A DNA stretch of 63,653 nucleotides from Clostridia bacterium (GCA_017452475.1 JAFTMJ010000003.1:1-63653); one strand, 5' to 3'; shown: positions 8,573-18,100, counted from the first letter of the stretch. Notes: generated by a model from the sequence alone, not told the origin. Made by a program: numbers and translations.

Positions 8573-9763
8573 CTATTCTGCCAAGCTGTCGCGCTTAGCC
8601 ATAACAAATGTGCAAATAATAGTTGGAATTACGCTGATTAGGAAAATGCCCAAAAGAATAAGTATTTCAGGCAGATATACCTTGCCAATGTCAAGCACTA
8701 CACCCATTGATGACACATAGTCGCTCATGAATATTAGGCATAGTCTTGAAGCGCCAAAGGCAAGCAGAGTGGATACCAAGCCGATTAAGCTGTTTTGGAT
8801 AAGGTATAAAAGATTTATCTTCTTCATACTGATACCAATCAAGCGCATTAGTGAAATTTCCTTTGCGGAGTGGTACATATTTAAAAGTGTGATTATGGAA
8901 ATAACGATAATATTCATAATAAGGATGATGGCACAAAGAACAAAAACGATATATTTTGTATCATCAGCCTCATCAAGCACCCCACGCACAACCTCCATTG
9001 GCTCAACCGCCTGCAAGGTAAATGCCTCCTCGTCGTGGGTGATTATTTTTCCGTCATATTCGCTTGCAAGCTGCACTGCATAGGTTGGGTTTAGGGTGTT
9101 AATCAAAATTGCGCAAACGCCGTGGCTATCGTGGTCGTGTCCGTCACCCTCGTCGCCTTCGTGCTCGTGCATTTCCCACAGGGTTTCGATTTGTGTAAAT
9201 ACCACACGGTCAAAGGATGTGTAGGATTCCTCAAGTATACCCACAACAACGATTCCCTTTTCGTGCTTGTCTCCCTCAATTGCGGAGTGGCTGGTGTGAA
9301 TTGTGTCGCCAACCTTCAGCCCGTTTTCCTTGGCAACCCTTGCGCCAACAACTGCTTGACAGGTTTTGTTTTCAGCAAAGAGAGCGCCGTCGCTCAATTC
9401 CTTGCCTTCTAAAAACGCGGGAGTAGTGCCGACAACACTGTTACCGTTATAGTTGTCCGCCATAGCATAAGGAATGGCTTTTACAACCTTGTCATTGTTC
9501 TTAAGCTCAGTATAAACAGAGTATGGGATAGTGCCAAGAGGCTCCTCTGTAAAATACATGGTGTTCATTGCAAGCTGTGTTTTGCTTCCCGCAGGACCCA
9601 CAATTAGGGAATAGTAGCCTGCGTTGTTTGTGATACCGTCACTTACCTGGCTTGAAATATTAAAGGCAAGAACGCCAACGGAGGCAGAAATGATTATGGA
9701 AACAATAATTAAGATAACCTGTACCTTTTTTATAGCCATATTCTTAAGGGCAAATTTAAGCAT
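8573..9763 (-). CDS. FtsX/MacB-like ABC transporter permease with His-rich loop
   Basis: N-terminal TM, large periplasmic-type domain, KEISLMRLIG FtsX motif, 3 C-terminal TMs; HEHEGDEGDGHDHDSH. Confidence 0.85.
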   Translation of the reverse strand: MLKFALKNMAIKKVQVILIIVSIIISASVGVLAFNISSQVSDGITNNAGYYSLIVGPAGSKTQLAMNTMYFTEEPLGTIPYSVYTELKNNDKVVKAIPYAMADNYNGNSVVGTTPAFLEGKELSDGALFAENKTCQAVVGARVAKENGLKVGDTIHTSHSAIEGDKHEKGIVVVGILEESYTSFDRVVFTQIETLWEMHEHEGDEGDGHDHDSHGVCAILINTLNPTYAVQLASEYDGKIITHDEEAFTLQAVEPMEVVRGVLDEADDTKYIVFVLCAIILIMNIIVISIITLLNMYHSAKEISLMRLIGISMKKINLLYLIQNSLIGLVSTLLAFGASRLCLIFMSDYVSSMGVVLDIGKVYLPEILILLGIFLISVIPTIICTFVMAKRDSLAE

Positions 9764-10397
9764 CGTACCGTCCTCCTGTCATCTCGTTCATATCAATTAC
9801 ATAGTCGAAATACTTGCAAAGGCGGTCATCATGGGTAACCGCAATCAAGGTCTTACCTTTGGAGATTTCGGTAAGCTGCTTAATAACAGCCTCGCCAATG
9901 GCAAAGTTTAGGTTTCCTGTCGGCTCATCTGCCAAAATAATATCCGGAGACTTAACAATGGCGCGGGCGATTGCAACCCTCTGCCTTTCGCCACCCGAAA
10001 GGTTTTTAACCTTCTTGTTCTTTTTGTCAAGCATATCAAGAGATTCAAGCACGCTTTCAGCCTTTGATGTGTCCACGCCCTCAAGCTTAAGAATGTTTAT
10101 GTTATCCATAACCGTCATTTCAGTAATCAGCTTAAAGTCCTGGAATATGTATCCTATGTTCTTAATGCGGAACAAATCCTTTTCCTTTTGGCTTGCCGCA
10201 GCCATATCCTTGCCGTCAATTTCAATCGAGCCCTTCTCGGGGGAGAGAATACCTGCAATCATATTAAGCAGGGTAGACTTACCACAGCCCGAGGCGCCGA
10301 GCAAAATGTATGATTTTCCGCTTTCAAAGGTCATATCCTTGTAGTCAATGGCAGTCTCGTTCTTGAATTTTTTAGAAACACCGATAATTTTAATCAT
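9756..10397 (-). CDS. ABC transporter ATP-binding protein (LolD/MacB type)
   Basis: [37 protein letters not shown]. Confidence 0.93.
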   Translation of the reverse strand: MIKIIGVSKKFKNETAIDYKDMTFESGKSYILLGASGCGKSTLLNMIAGILSPEKGSIEIDGKDMAAASQKEKDLFRIKNIGYIFQDFKLITEMTVMDNINILKLEGVDTSKAESVLESLDMLDKKNKKVKNLSGGERQRVAIARAIVKSPDIILADEPTGNLNFAIGEAVIKQLTEISKGKTLIAVTHDDRLCKYFDYVIDMNEMTGGRYDA

Positions 10398-10407
10398 ATT
10401 TACCTCC

Positions 10408-11289
10408 TTAATTTACTCCTATTAGCATTAAGAAAAAGCCAATAAGGGATGAAACTGAATACATTGTAATTATTATGCGCAAATTCTCCCGCTTTATGGG
10501 GTTTGCCTTTAGCAGCACCGCCACACCAACACCTGCGCCGGAGCAAAGCCCTGCAAGGGTTGCACCAAAGGAGAGGGAACCGTTTATATAAAGTGTGGTA
10601 ATAGCTGATGAAATGGCACAGTTTGGTATCAAGCCTAAAAGCGCGGTGATAAACGGCTGCGCATAGTGGCCGCTTAGCAAAAATTTATTTAAGTTGTCTG
10701 ATCCAATAAAGAAAATTGCATAGCCGATAATAACATTAACAATAAAAATAAATAAGGTAGTCTTTAGCGTGTGGATAAGAGCAGGCTTTAAAATTCCCTC
10801 CTGCTCCTCACAGCCGCAATCCTTGCACATATCGACAGAAACCTTTTTGATTTTTAAAAGCTTAAGGGCAATATCTACTCCAAAGCCCACAGTAATTCCA
10901 ATTATAATTTTTGCAACTATGATTTTCCAAATAGAGCCGTAGGCGCTCGGGGCTGAAATCAAAATCGGAATAGCTTCATCGCTTGTGGCTAAGAAAACCG
11001 CAATCAAGGTGCCCTCTGTCACCACCCCTGCGGTGTACAGGTTTGAAGCAGTGGCGGAAAAGCCGCATTGAGGGACACAGCCAAGCAAGGAGCCAACGGC
11101 AGGACCGCCATATCCGATTCTTGATAAGGTCTTTTCCATTTTAGCAGATGCCTTATGCTCAATAAATTCCATTAATAGGTAGGCTAAAAACAAAAACGGT
11201 ATAGCCTTCAGTGTGTCAATAACTCCGTGCAAAAGCGGTTCAAAATACTCAAGCACAGGGCTATGGGTTGCGTGTAAAAATAAATTCAT
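10408..11289 (-). CDS. Putative heavy-metal/manganese transporter (DUF2899/ArsP_2-like)
   Basis: PQCGFS, GTLIAVFLATSDEAIP and PNCA motifs; central CKDCGC; multi-TM; AGGAG RBS. Confidence 0.75.
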   Translation of the reverse strand: MNLFLHATHSPVLEYFEPLLHGVIDTLKAIPFLFLAYLLMEFIEHKASAKMEKTLSRIGYGGPAVGSLLGCVPQCGFSATASNLYTAGVVTEGTLIAVFLATSDEAIPILISAPSAYGSIWKIIVAKIIIGITVGFGVDIALKLLKIKKVSVDMCKDCGCEEQEGILKPALIHTLKTTLFIFIVNVIIGYAIFFIGSDNLNKFLLSGHYAQPFITALLGLIPNCAISSAITTLYINGSLSFGATLAGLCSGAGVGVAVLLKANPIKRENLRIIITMYSVSSLIGFFLMLIGVN

Positions 11290-11310
11290 TCAATCTCCTA
11301 TTTTCAAATT

Positions 11311-11340
11311 CGTTCTCAAATTGAGAACGTTTCTCAAATT
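11311..11340. promoter_or_regulatory. Palindromic operator, Fur/Zur-family-like
   Basis: TTGAGAA-CGT-TTCTCAA (11321-11337) overlapping TTCTCAA-A-TTGAGAA (11313-11327), just downstream of the minus-strand promoter. Confidence 0.6.
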
Positions 11341-11348
11341 ACAAGCCT

Positions 11349-11377
11349 ATTATAATACTCAAAACAAGAAAAGTCAA
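11349..11377 (-). promoter_or_regulatory. sigmaA promoter of the metal operon
   Basis: TTGACT (11372-11377), 17 bp, TATAAT (11349-11354), minus strand. Confidence 0.75.
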
Positions 11378-11498
11378 TACTTTTTAGCGTTAAAAACAAG
11401 CTCTTTTTACTAAAAAAAGCAAAAAATGTGGAAATTACTAATAAAAAAGTATTGAAAACGGAAAAAAGATGTGCTATTATCTATGCAGATAGATTTTA

Positions 11499-11592
11499 CA
11501 GAGTAAATGTATGTGCGTTAAGTGTTTAGAGGACGGGGAGTTGTCTCTTTAACGAAAGCCGTTGGCTGCGGTACATACGTTGCATCCCGCTG
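11499..11592 (+). promoter_or_regulatory. THF riboswitch
   Basis: CAGAGTA...GCGTTAAGTG...GGACGGGGAGTTG...AACGAAA...GCGGT...GCATCCCGCTG matches THF aptamer landmarks; upstream of folT-like CDS; promoter TTGAAA 11452-11457 / TATTAT 11475-11480. Confidence 0.9.
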
Positions 11593-11649
11593 GACTCATC
11601 TCCACAAATGGTGCAAAATCTGTATTTTCATTTGAGGAGGTGTTTTTTT

Positions 11650-13455
11650 ATGTCAAAAAAAGAAAGTATAAGAAAATTAACAACAACAGCTATGCTAATA
11701 GCCTTAAGCGTAATTATCGGTATGTTCTGCAAAACCTTTTTGAACTTCGGGGCAGGACTGTTTAGGGTTACCTTTGAAAATATACCTATTTTAATGGCAG
11801 GCATTATAATGGGACCAATTACAGGCGGCGTGGTCGGCTTGTCCTCCGACCTTTTAAGCTACCTTTTGTCCCCGCAAACATATCCCCCGAATTTGATAGT
11901 TACCTTGGGTGCTACCATGGTGGGAGTTGTGGCAGGCTTGGTGTCAAAATTTTTGGTAAAAAGGCGGGGAAGTGTCCAAATTATCGCCTCAGGAGCCTTA
12001 GCGCACATTGTTGGTTCAATGATAATTAAGCCAATAGGCTTGTTTCAATTCTACCAATACCTTGTGTTCCTAAGGATACCGTTTTATATGGTCATTGCCC
12101 CAATTGAAATTATGCTTATTTGCGTTTTATTAAGGAGGAAAAGCTTTGCCGCCGTGGTAGGATATGTTGATAAAATGAAGAAGGAAGAGGCGCTTGAATA
12201 TATTCATTCAATAAATTGGACCTTTTGCAAGCTGGGGCTTGAAAGGATAGGGGAGCTTTGCACTAAGCTCGGCAACCCACAGGATAGCTTAAGGTTTATC
12301 CATGTGGCAGGCACAAACGGCAAGGGCTCCTTTTGCTCAATGCTTTCAAGCGTATTAAAGGAGCAGGGCTACTGTGTGGGTATGTATACATCTCCATACA
12401 TTAAATGCTTTAACGAGCGCATGCAAATAAACGGTGAGCCTATAAGCGACGGTGAGCTAACGCAAATTACGGAAAAAATTAAGCCCATCGCTGACCAAAT
12501 GGATGACAAGCCAACGGAGTTTGAGCTTGTTACCGCCATTGCTTTTGAATATTTTAAAAATCACAAATGTGACTATGTTGTGCTTGAGTGCGGCTTGGGT
12601 GGCAGGCTTGACTCAACAAACATTATAAACACCCCCGTGTTGTCCGTAATAACAGGAATAGCTCTTGACCATACATCAATCTTGGGGGATACAATTGAAA
12701 AAATCGCAGGCGAAAAGGCTGGCATTATAAAGGAAGGAGTTGCAGTCCTTTGGTGCGGCACTGACAAAGAGGCGCAGGAGGTAATTTCAAATGCTTCAAA
12801 GGAGAAAAACGCACCGCTGTTTACCGTGAACAGAGAAGTGCTGAATGTGAAAAATGCGACACTGGATGGCACCTTTTTCGATTATGGCGAGCATAAGGAT
12901 TTGAAAATCTCCTTGCTTGGCGAGTACCAAACGCAAAACGCAATGAATGTGCTGTGCGCGGTCGATTTGCTAAGGGATAATGGAGTTAAAATTGACGAAA
13001 GCAGCATAAAAGCAGGCTTGGAAAAGGCTAAGTGGCAGGCAAGGTTTGAAATTATATCCCAAAACCCGTTGGTTATCTTTGACGGCTGTCACAACCCGCA
13101 GGGTGTTGACTCCTGTGTGGAAAGCATAAAAAAGTACTTCGGCGCAGAAAAGCTCATTGTTATTACAGGAGTTATGGCGGACAAGGATTACAATTACATT
13201 TCAAACAAAATCGGTCAAATTGCAAAAGAAGTATATTGCATAGCTCCAAATAACCCTCGCGCTCTTTCCGCAGGCGAATATGCCAAGGAATTTGAGAAGC
13301 AGGGCATACCTGCTTTTGGCTGTGAAAGCGTTGGCGAGGCTGCAAAAAAAGCGATTATGCGCGCAAGGGAGCTTGGCGCAGGTGTTGTTTGCTTAGGTTC
13401 CCTTTATATGTACTCGGAGGTTGAAAGCGAAATCAAGAAAAATAGTGAATTTTAG
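11650..13455 (+). CDS. folC: Fusion: folate ECF S-component (FolT) plus folylpolyglutamate synthase/dihydrofolate synthase (FolC)
   Basis: First 175 aa are a 6-TM S-component (AMLIALS, PILMAG...GPITGG); then MKKEEALEYIH...HVAGTNGKGS, YTSPY, LECGLGGRLDSTN, DGCHNP; no stop between; GAGGAGG RBS. Confidence 0.88.
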   Translation: MSKKESIRKLTTTAMLIALSVIIGMFCKTFLNFGAGLFRVTFENIPILMAGIIMGPITGGVVGLSSDLLSYLLSPQTYPPNLIVTLGATMVGVVAGLVSKFLVKRRGSVQIIASGALAHIVGSMIIKPIGLFQFYQYLVFLRIPFYMVIAPIEIMLICVLLRRKSFAAVVGYVDKMKKEEALEYIHSINWTFCKLGLERIGELCTKLGNPQDSLRFIHVAGTNGKGSFCSMLSSVLKEQGYCVGMYTSPYIKCFNERMQINGEPISDGELTQITEKIKPIADQMDDKPTEFELVTAIAFEYFKNHKCDYVVLECGLGGRLDSTNIINTPVLSVITGIALDHTSILGDTIEKIAGEKAGIIKEGVAVLWCGTDKEAQEVISNASKEKNAPLFTVNREVLNVKNATLDGTFFDYGEHKDLKISLLGEYQTQNAMNVLCAVDLLRDNGVKIDESSIKAGLEKAKWQARFEIISQNPLVIFDGCHNPQGVDSCVESIKKYFGAEKLIVITGVMADKDYNYISNKIGQIAKEVYCIAPNNPRALSAGEYAKEFEKQGIPAFGCESVGEAAKKAIMRARELGAGVVCLGSLYMYSEVESEIKKNSEF

Positions 13456-13482
13456 CAACATTTTTACAAAAAGTCGTTATAC

Positions 13483-13511
13483 TTGACAAAACCGAATATA
13501 TGTGTTATAAT
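13483..13511 (+). promoter_or_regulatory. Consensus sigmaA promoter of polysaccharide operon
   Basis: TTGACA (13483-13488), 17 bp, TATAAT (13506-13511). Confidence 0.8.
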
Positions 13512-13590
13512 TAATCAACTGTTGTACAGAATAAAACCAATATTCGTATTAGATTTTTGACGTGTTAAATTAATAGGATAGGAAGTATTT

Positions 13591-14625
13591 ATGAGTAATA
13601 AGGTTGAAAATACAAATCTGACAACCGAGGAAAAGGCCGAGCTTAAGGCTGAAAATAAGGCTGAATTCCGCGAGTGGTTAGCTTTTCAAAAAAAAGAATT
13701 TGTAAAGAATGTTAACATAGTAAAGCAGCTTGTTTTAAGGAGCATTAAGGTTCAGTACCGTAACTCCGTTATCGGCGTTTTTTGGACAATTCTTAACCCT
13801 CTTTTAAATATGCTCGTTATGTATTTGGTGTTTAGCAGTATGTTCCAAAGGAGTGGCGGTGCCACCCCGACGGACGGTGAAACATATGCGCTTTATCTCC
13901 TTTGCGGTAATATCGTGTTCGGTATGATGAGGACAGCGACGTTCCAGTCACTGCCGTCAATTGTGCAAAACAGGGGCTTGCTTACAAAGAATAAAATGTC
14001 TTACAATGTTTTCCCTCTGTCATACACGCTTAGCGCCGTGGTTAACTTCGGCTTTTCATTTATAGCCCTTTTGGGTGTTATGCTGTTTGTTCGCTTCTTC
14101 AGCGGTCAAGCGGTGTTCAGCTTCAATATTTTCTTGGTGCTTGTTGCATTGCCGGCATTGTTTTTATTCAGCTATGGCTTGTCCTTGGTTCTTTCCGCAA
14201 TGTACACATTCTTCAGAGATATTAAGCACTTCTACAATGTTTTCCTTACATTGTGGATGTATTTGACCCCGATTTTCTACAATATCAATATGTTTGACAA
14301 CGCAGGCTTCTCTGCAAGCTTTATGAAAACGGTTATTAAGCTTAACCCAATGTACTACTTTGTTGAGTATTTTAGGGATGTTGTTTACAGATGCTCGGCT
14401 CACGAGGGCGCAATCTCGGGCTTAAAGGCAGAGGTTGCAAATGCTATAGCTACAGGCTCAAATAGCTTGGCGGAGCTTCAGGTCGATTTGGCTGCAACTA
14501 TTGAAGCGGCACAGCTCCCGGGCGTTGGCGCTGTGTTCACGCTTTATGCAATTGGTGGTATAACAACGCTTATCGGTGCAATCGTGTTTATGGCAACTAA
14601 GCGTAAGTTTATTTACAACATTTAA
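13591..14625 (+). CDS. ABC-2 polysaccharide export permease (Wzm/TagG-like)
   Basis: YRNSVIGVFWTILNPL, WMYLTPIFY, LNPMYYFVEYFRD. Confidence 0.88.
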   Translation: MSNKVENTNLTTEEKAELKAENKAEFREWLAFQKKEFVKNVNIVKQLVLRSIKVQYRNSVIGVFWTILNPLLNMLVMYLVFSSMFQRSGGATPTDGETYALYLLCGNIVFGMMRTATFQSLPSIVQNRGLLTKNKMSYNVFPLSYTLSAVVNFGFSFIALLGVMLFVRFFSGQAVFSFNIFLVLVALPALFLFSYGLSLVLSAMYTFFRDIKHFYNVFLTLWMYLTPIFYNINMFDNAGFSASFMKTVIKLNPMYYFVEYFRDVVYRCSAHEGAISGLKAEVANAIATGSNSLAELQVDLAATIEAAQLPGVGAVFTLYAIGGITTLIGAIVFMATKRKFIYNI

Positions 14626-14637
14626 TGGTGGACGAAG

Positions 14638-15564
14638 ATGTTTAAGAGTCATAAAAAGCATATAATGAAAAATAGCGAGAACGTTATCGAGGTAGAAAAT
14701 GTTTGTATGGACTTCTACCGCCGTGACGAAAAGGTTGACAACCTTAAGGAGTTTTTTGTAAGACTCGTAAAGGGCAAGCTGGAGCGTAAAAAGGAAAGAA
14801 TTCTTGAAAATATCAGCTTTGAGCTTAAAAAAGGTGAGTCAATCGGTCTTATCGGTCATAACGGCGCAGGTAAGAGCACGCTGCTTAAAATTATTTCCAA
14901 TATCATTGAGCCGACCGAGGGTACGGTGCGCACGCACGGTGTAATCGCGCCGCTTCTTAACCTTGGCGCAGGCTTTGATTATGAGGCTACAGGTAAGGAA
15001 AATGTATATCTAAACGGTGCTATCTTAGGCTATTCAAAGAAGGAGCTTGAGCATAAGTACAAGGAGATAGTTGAGTTTTCCGAGCTTGAAAAGCATATGA
15101 ACATACCGCTTAAAAACTATTCCTCGGGAATGGTTGCCCGTCTTGGCTTTGCAATTGCTATTGACGTTGAGCCGCAAATTCTTTTGGTTGATGAAATTTT
15201 GTCAGTTGGTGATGAAAACTTTAGGCGTAAATGTGCTGACAAGATTGATGAGCTGCGCAGAAAGGGTGTATCCTTTGTTATCGTTTCCCATAATATTGAC
15301 CAGGTAAGGAAGCTTTGTCAAAAGGCATTGTGGATTGAAAATTCGCATGTAAGGGGCTACGGTGATGTTAACGAGGTTTGCGACAGATACGAGGAGTATT
15401 GTGCCGATATAAAAAAGAAGGCTGAACAGGCTAAGAGAGCGGCTGAGGTGGAAAAGTTTGCCAAGGCTGAGGCTGAGGCGGAAGCAAAGGCTGAAGAACT
15501 GTTAAGCGCAGTGCTAAACGAAAATAGCACGGCAGAGGCTGTTGCCGAAGCAGAAAACAAATAA
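14638..15564 (+). CDS. Polysaccharide export ABC ATPase (Wzt/TagH-like)
   Basis: GHNGAGKST, YSSGMVARLGF, ILLVDEILSVGD; Ala/Glu-rich tail. Confidence 0.9.
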   Translation: MFKSHKKHIMKNSENVIEVENVCMDFYRRDEKVDNLKEFFVRLVKGKLERKKERILENISFELKKGESIGLIGHNGAGKSTLLKIISNIIEPTEGTVRTHGVIAPLLNLGAGFDYEATGKENVYLNGAILGYSKKELEHKYKEIVEFSELEKHMNIPLKNYSSGMVARLGFAIAIDVEPQILLVDEILSVGDENFRRKCADKIDELRRKGVSFVIVSHNIDQVRKLCQKALWIENSHVRGYGDVNEVCDRYEEYCADIKKKAEQAKRAAEVEKFAKAEAEAEAKAEELLSAVLNENSTAEAVAEAENK

Positions 15565-15638
15565 TAAAGTTAGCCCGCCGAGTGATATTAATTTCTCGTC
15601 GGGCTGATTTTACTATGGAGGGGACAATGAAGGAGACA

Positions 15639-16994
15639 ATGAACAAGACAAGTGCGCTTTTTAACGCCTTGTTGGATCTTGTTTTAAATATAGGCGCCAT
15701 TTATTTGGCTATTTTGGTGGTGGGTAGAGATGTGTATGGCTTTAGCGGTACAACAATTGCCGTGTCTACCATTTGCGCATTCGCTTCAATTATTGTATAT
15801 TTTGCCAGCGATATGTACTCGCCAAAGGTGTTTGAAAAGCTGCACAGGGTGCTTATTAAGCTTTTCGGCGCGCAGATTTTTATAACAGGCGTTTTGGTTG
15901 TTTTGGTTGCAATATTTATGCCAACCGTTGCGCTATTTAAGCTCGTTCTTATAGGTGCAGGCTTTTCCTTGGCTGCGGTTTTAATCAAAACAGTGCTTTT
16001 TGTCAAGATTAGTCATAGTGCAAGAAGGGCGCAAAAGCACAAAAGAACAGTTCTTTTAGTTGGCAACGGTAAGGGTGCTTTGGAATATAAAAAGCAGCTT
16101 GACGCAAACCCACACTACGGCTATTCGGTTATTGGTTGCGTGGGAGAGCGGCAAACTGACGGGCTTAAGTGGTTCGGAAATTACAAGGATCTGCCCACCG
16201 TTTTAGAGGAGCAAAACCCCGATGAGGTGGTTATTGCGGTTTCACTAAGAGAGGAGCCGATGATACAGGAGTTTATTGATGTTTGCGACACTGCAGGTAT
16301 TAGGTCATCAATCGTTCCTCCTGTATACAGATACATCAAAGCAAAATGCCAGGTTGACATGGTTGGCTCAATGCCTGTTATCAACACAAGGGACATCCCT
16401 CTTGACAACCCTGCAAACGCAGCAATGAAAAGGCTAATGGACATTGTAGTGTCCTTGGTTGCCATAATTGTAACATCTCCCATAATGCTCGTTGCTGCCA
16501 TCGGCGTTAAGCTTTCGTCAAAGGGTCCTATCATTTTCAGGCAGGAGCGCGTGGGTAAAAACAACAAAAAGTTCACAATGTATAAGTTCCGTTCTATGCG
16601 TGTCAACGACCAGGAAACAACAGGCTGGACAACTGCAGAGGACAGAAGAAAAACAAGGTTTGGCACATTTATGCGTAAAACAGGCATTGATGAGCTGCCA
16701 CAGTTCTTTAATGTTCTTTTCGGCAGTATGTCAATTATCGGTCCCCGTCCTGAGCTTCCGACGTTTGTGGAGCAGTATTCAAAAACCGTTCCGCTATATA
16801 AGGTTAAGCACCAGGTGAAGCCGGGCATTACAGGTCTTGCGCAGATTTACGGCTTCCGTGGAGATACATCCATTGAGGGCAGAATAGAAATGGACATCAA
16901 ATACATTGAAAACTGGTCACTTTTCAACGATATAAAAATACTGTTTTTAACACCGTTTAAAATGTTTAACAGAAACGAAAAATATGTAAAATGA
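15639..16994 (+). CDS. Undecaprenyl-phosphate sugar phosphotransferase (WcaJ/WbaP-type)
   Basis: N-terminal TMs, KRLMDI, YKFRSM, DELPQFFNV, GPRPE, KPGITGLAQ; AGGAG RBS supports 15639 (15627 alternative). Confidence 0.9.
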   Translation: MNKTSALFNALLDLVLNIGAIYLAILVVGRDVYGFSGTTIAVSTICAFASIIVYFASDMYSPKVFEKLHRVLIKLFGAQIFITGVLVVLVAIFMPTVALFKLVLIGAGFSLAAVLIKTVLFVKISHSARRAQKHKRTVLLVGNGKGALEYKKQLDANPHYGYSVIGCVGERQTDGLKWFGNYKDLPTVLEEQNPDEVVIAVSLREEPMIQEFIDVCDTAGIRSSIVPPVYRYIKAKCQVDMVGSMPVINTRDIPLDNPANAAMKRLMDIVVSLVAIIVTSPIMLVAAIGVKLSSKGPIIFRQERVGKNNKKFTMYKFRSMRVNDQETTGWTTAEDRRKTRFGTFMRKTGIDELPQFFNVLFGSMSIIGPRPELPTFVEQYSKTVPLYKVKHQVKPGITGLAQIYGFRGDTSIEGRIEMDIKYIENWSLFNDIKILFLTPFKMFNRNEKYVK

Positions 16995-18025
16995 AAATAT
17001 TAATCGCCGCATCAAATATGGTGCATATCAACAACTTTCATCGCCCGTACATTGAGGAGTTTAAGGCTCGCGGGCATTCGGTGTATATAATGGCAAACGG
17101 AGAGGGCGCTGATTTCAATATTGAATTTGAAAAAAGCACCATTTCCTTTAAAAACCTTAAGCTGTCCTACAAAATAAGGGATATTATCAAGCAGGAAAGG
17201 TTTGATATAATCTATTTGCACACCACCTTGGCTGCCTTTTGGGTTAGAATGGCTTTGCGTGGGGTGAAAAACAGGCCTTATGTTGTGAATACGGTTCACG
17301 GCTATTTGTTTGGAGAAAACTCAAGCAAGGTGCATAACACGCTTTATCTAAGCTGCGAAAAGCTCCTAAGAAATCAAACAGATGAAATCGTGGTTATGAA
17401 TAAGGAGGATTACAACATAGCCAAGGATAACAAGCTTTGCCGTGGAAACATATACTTCATAAACGGTATGGGCGTTAACTTTAAGGATGTAACCGAAGAA
17501 ATATCAATGGGTCAAAAGGGCAAAATTTCCCTTGCCTTCGTTGGCGAAATAAGCAAGCGCAAAAATCAAATTTTCTTAGTTAAGTCTATGAAGCAATTGA
17601 CAAGCTATACCCTTACCCTTGTGGGCGACGGTGATGCAAGGGATGAAATTGAGGAATATATAGCAAAGGAAGGCTTAAGCGACAGGGTATTTATCACAGG
17701 CTTTACAAAGCAAGCATACGAATATGTTAAGGGCTGTGATATATATGTGTCTGCATCGAATATCGAGGGCTTACCGTTTAATATAATGGAGGCTATGTAT
17801 CTAAAAAAGCCTATTGTTGCTTCGAATATCAAGGGTCACTGTGACCTTTTGGAGGGCGGTCAGCTATTTCCCCCCAACAATATGGAGGAATATGTTCGCC
17901 TTGTTAAGAATACAACTATAGGTGAGCGCGCGTACGATATTGAGAGATATAGGCTCCAAAGCACCTTGGAGGAAAATATGAGCATATATCTTTCTAATGA
18001 AAAACAACCGTCAGTTGCAAAATAA
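16991..18025 (+). CDS. Glycosyltransferase family 4 (GT-B)
   Basis: VNTVHG, NGMGV, GEISKRKNQ, EGLPFNIMEAM; ATGA-type overlap with upstream gene. Confidence 0.88.
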   Translation: MKILIAASNMVHINNFHRPYIEEFKARGHSVYIMANGEGADFNIEFEKSTISFKNLKLSYKIRDIIKQERFDIIYLHTTLAAFWVRMALRGVKNRPYVVNTVHGYLFGENSSKVHNTLYLSCEKLLRNQTDEIVVMNKEDYNIAKDNKLCRGNIYFINGMGVNFKDVTEEISMGQKGKISLAFVGEISKRKNQIFLVKSMKQLTSYTLTLVGDGDARDEIEEYIAKEGLSDRVFITGFTKQAYEYVKGCDIYVSASNIEGLPFNIMEAMYLKKPIVASNIKGHCDLLEGGQLFPPNNMEEYVRLVKNTTIGERAYDIERYRLQSTLEENMSIYLSNEKQPSVAK

Positions 18026-18100
18026 CAACCCACTGTATGTTGACATTATTGGAAAATAGATGTATACTAAAGGTGTAAAACGAACAAAGGAGGCGTATAT

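Noticed and set aside
15420-15560. GCTGAG-type tandem repeats in the wzt tail as a DNA repeat element
   Set aside because: Explained by low-complexity Ala/Glu coding sequence
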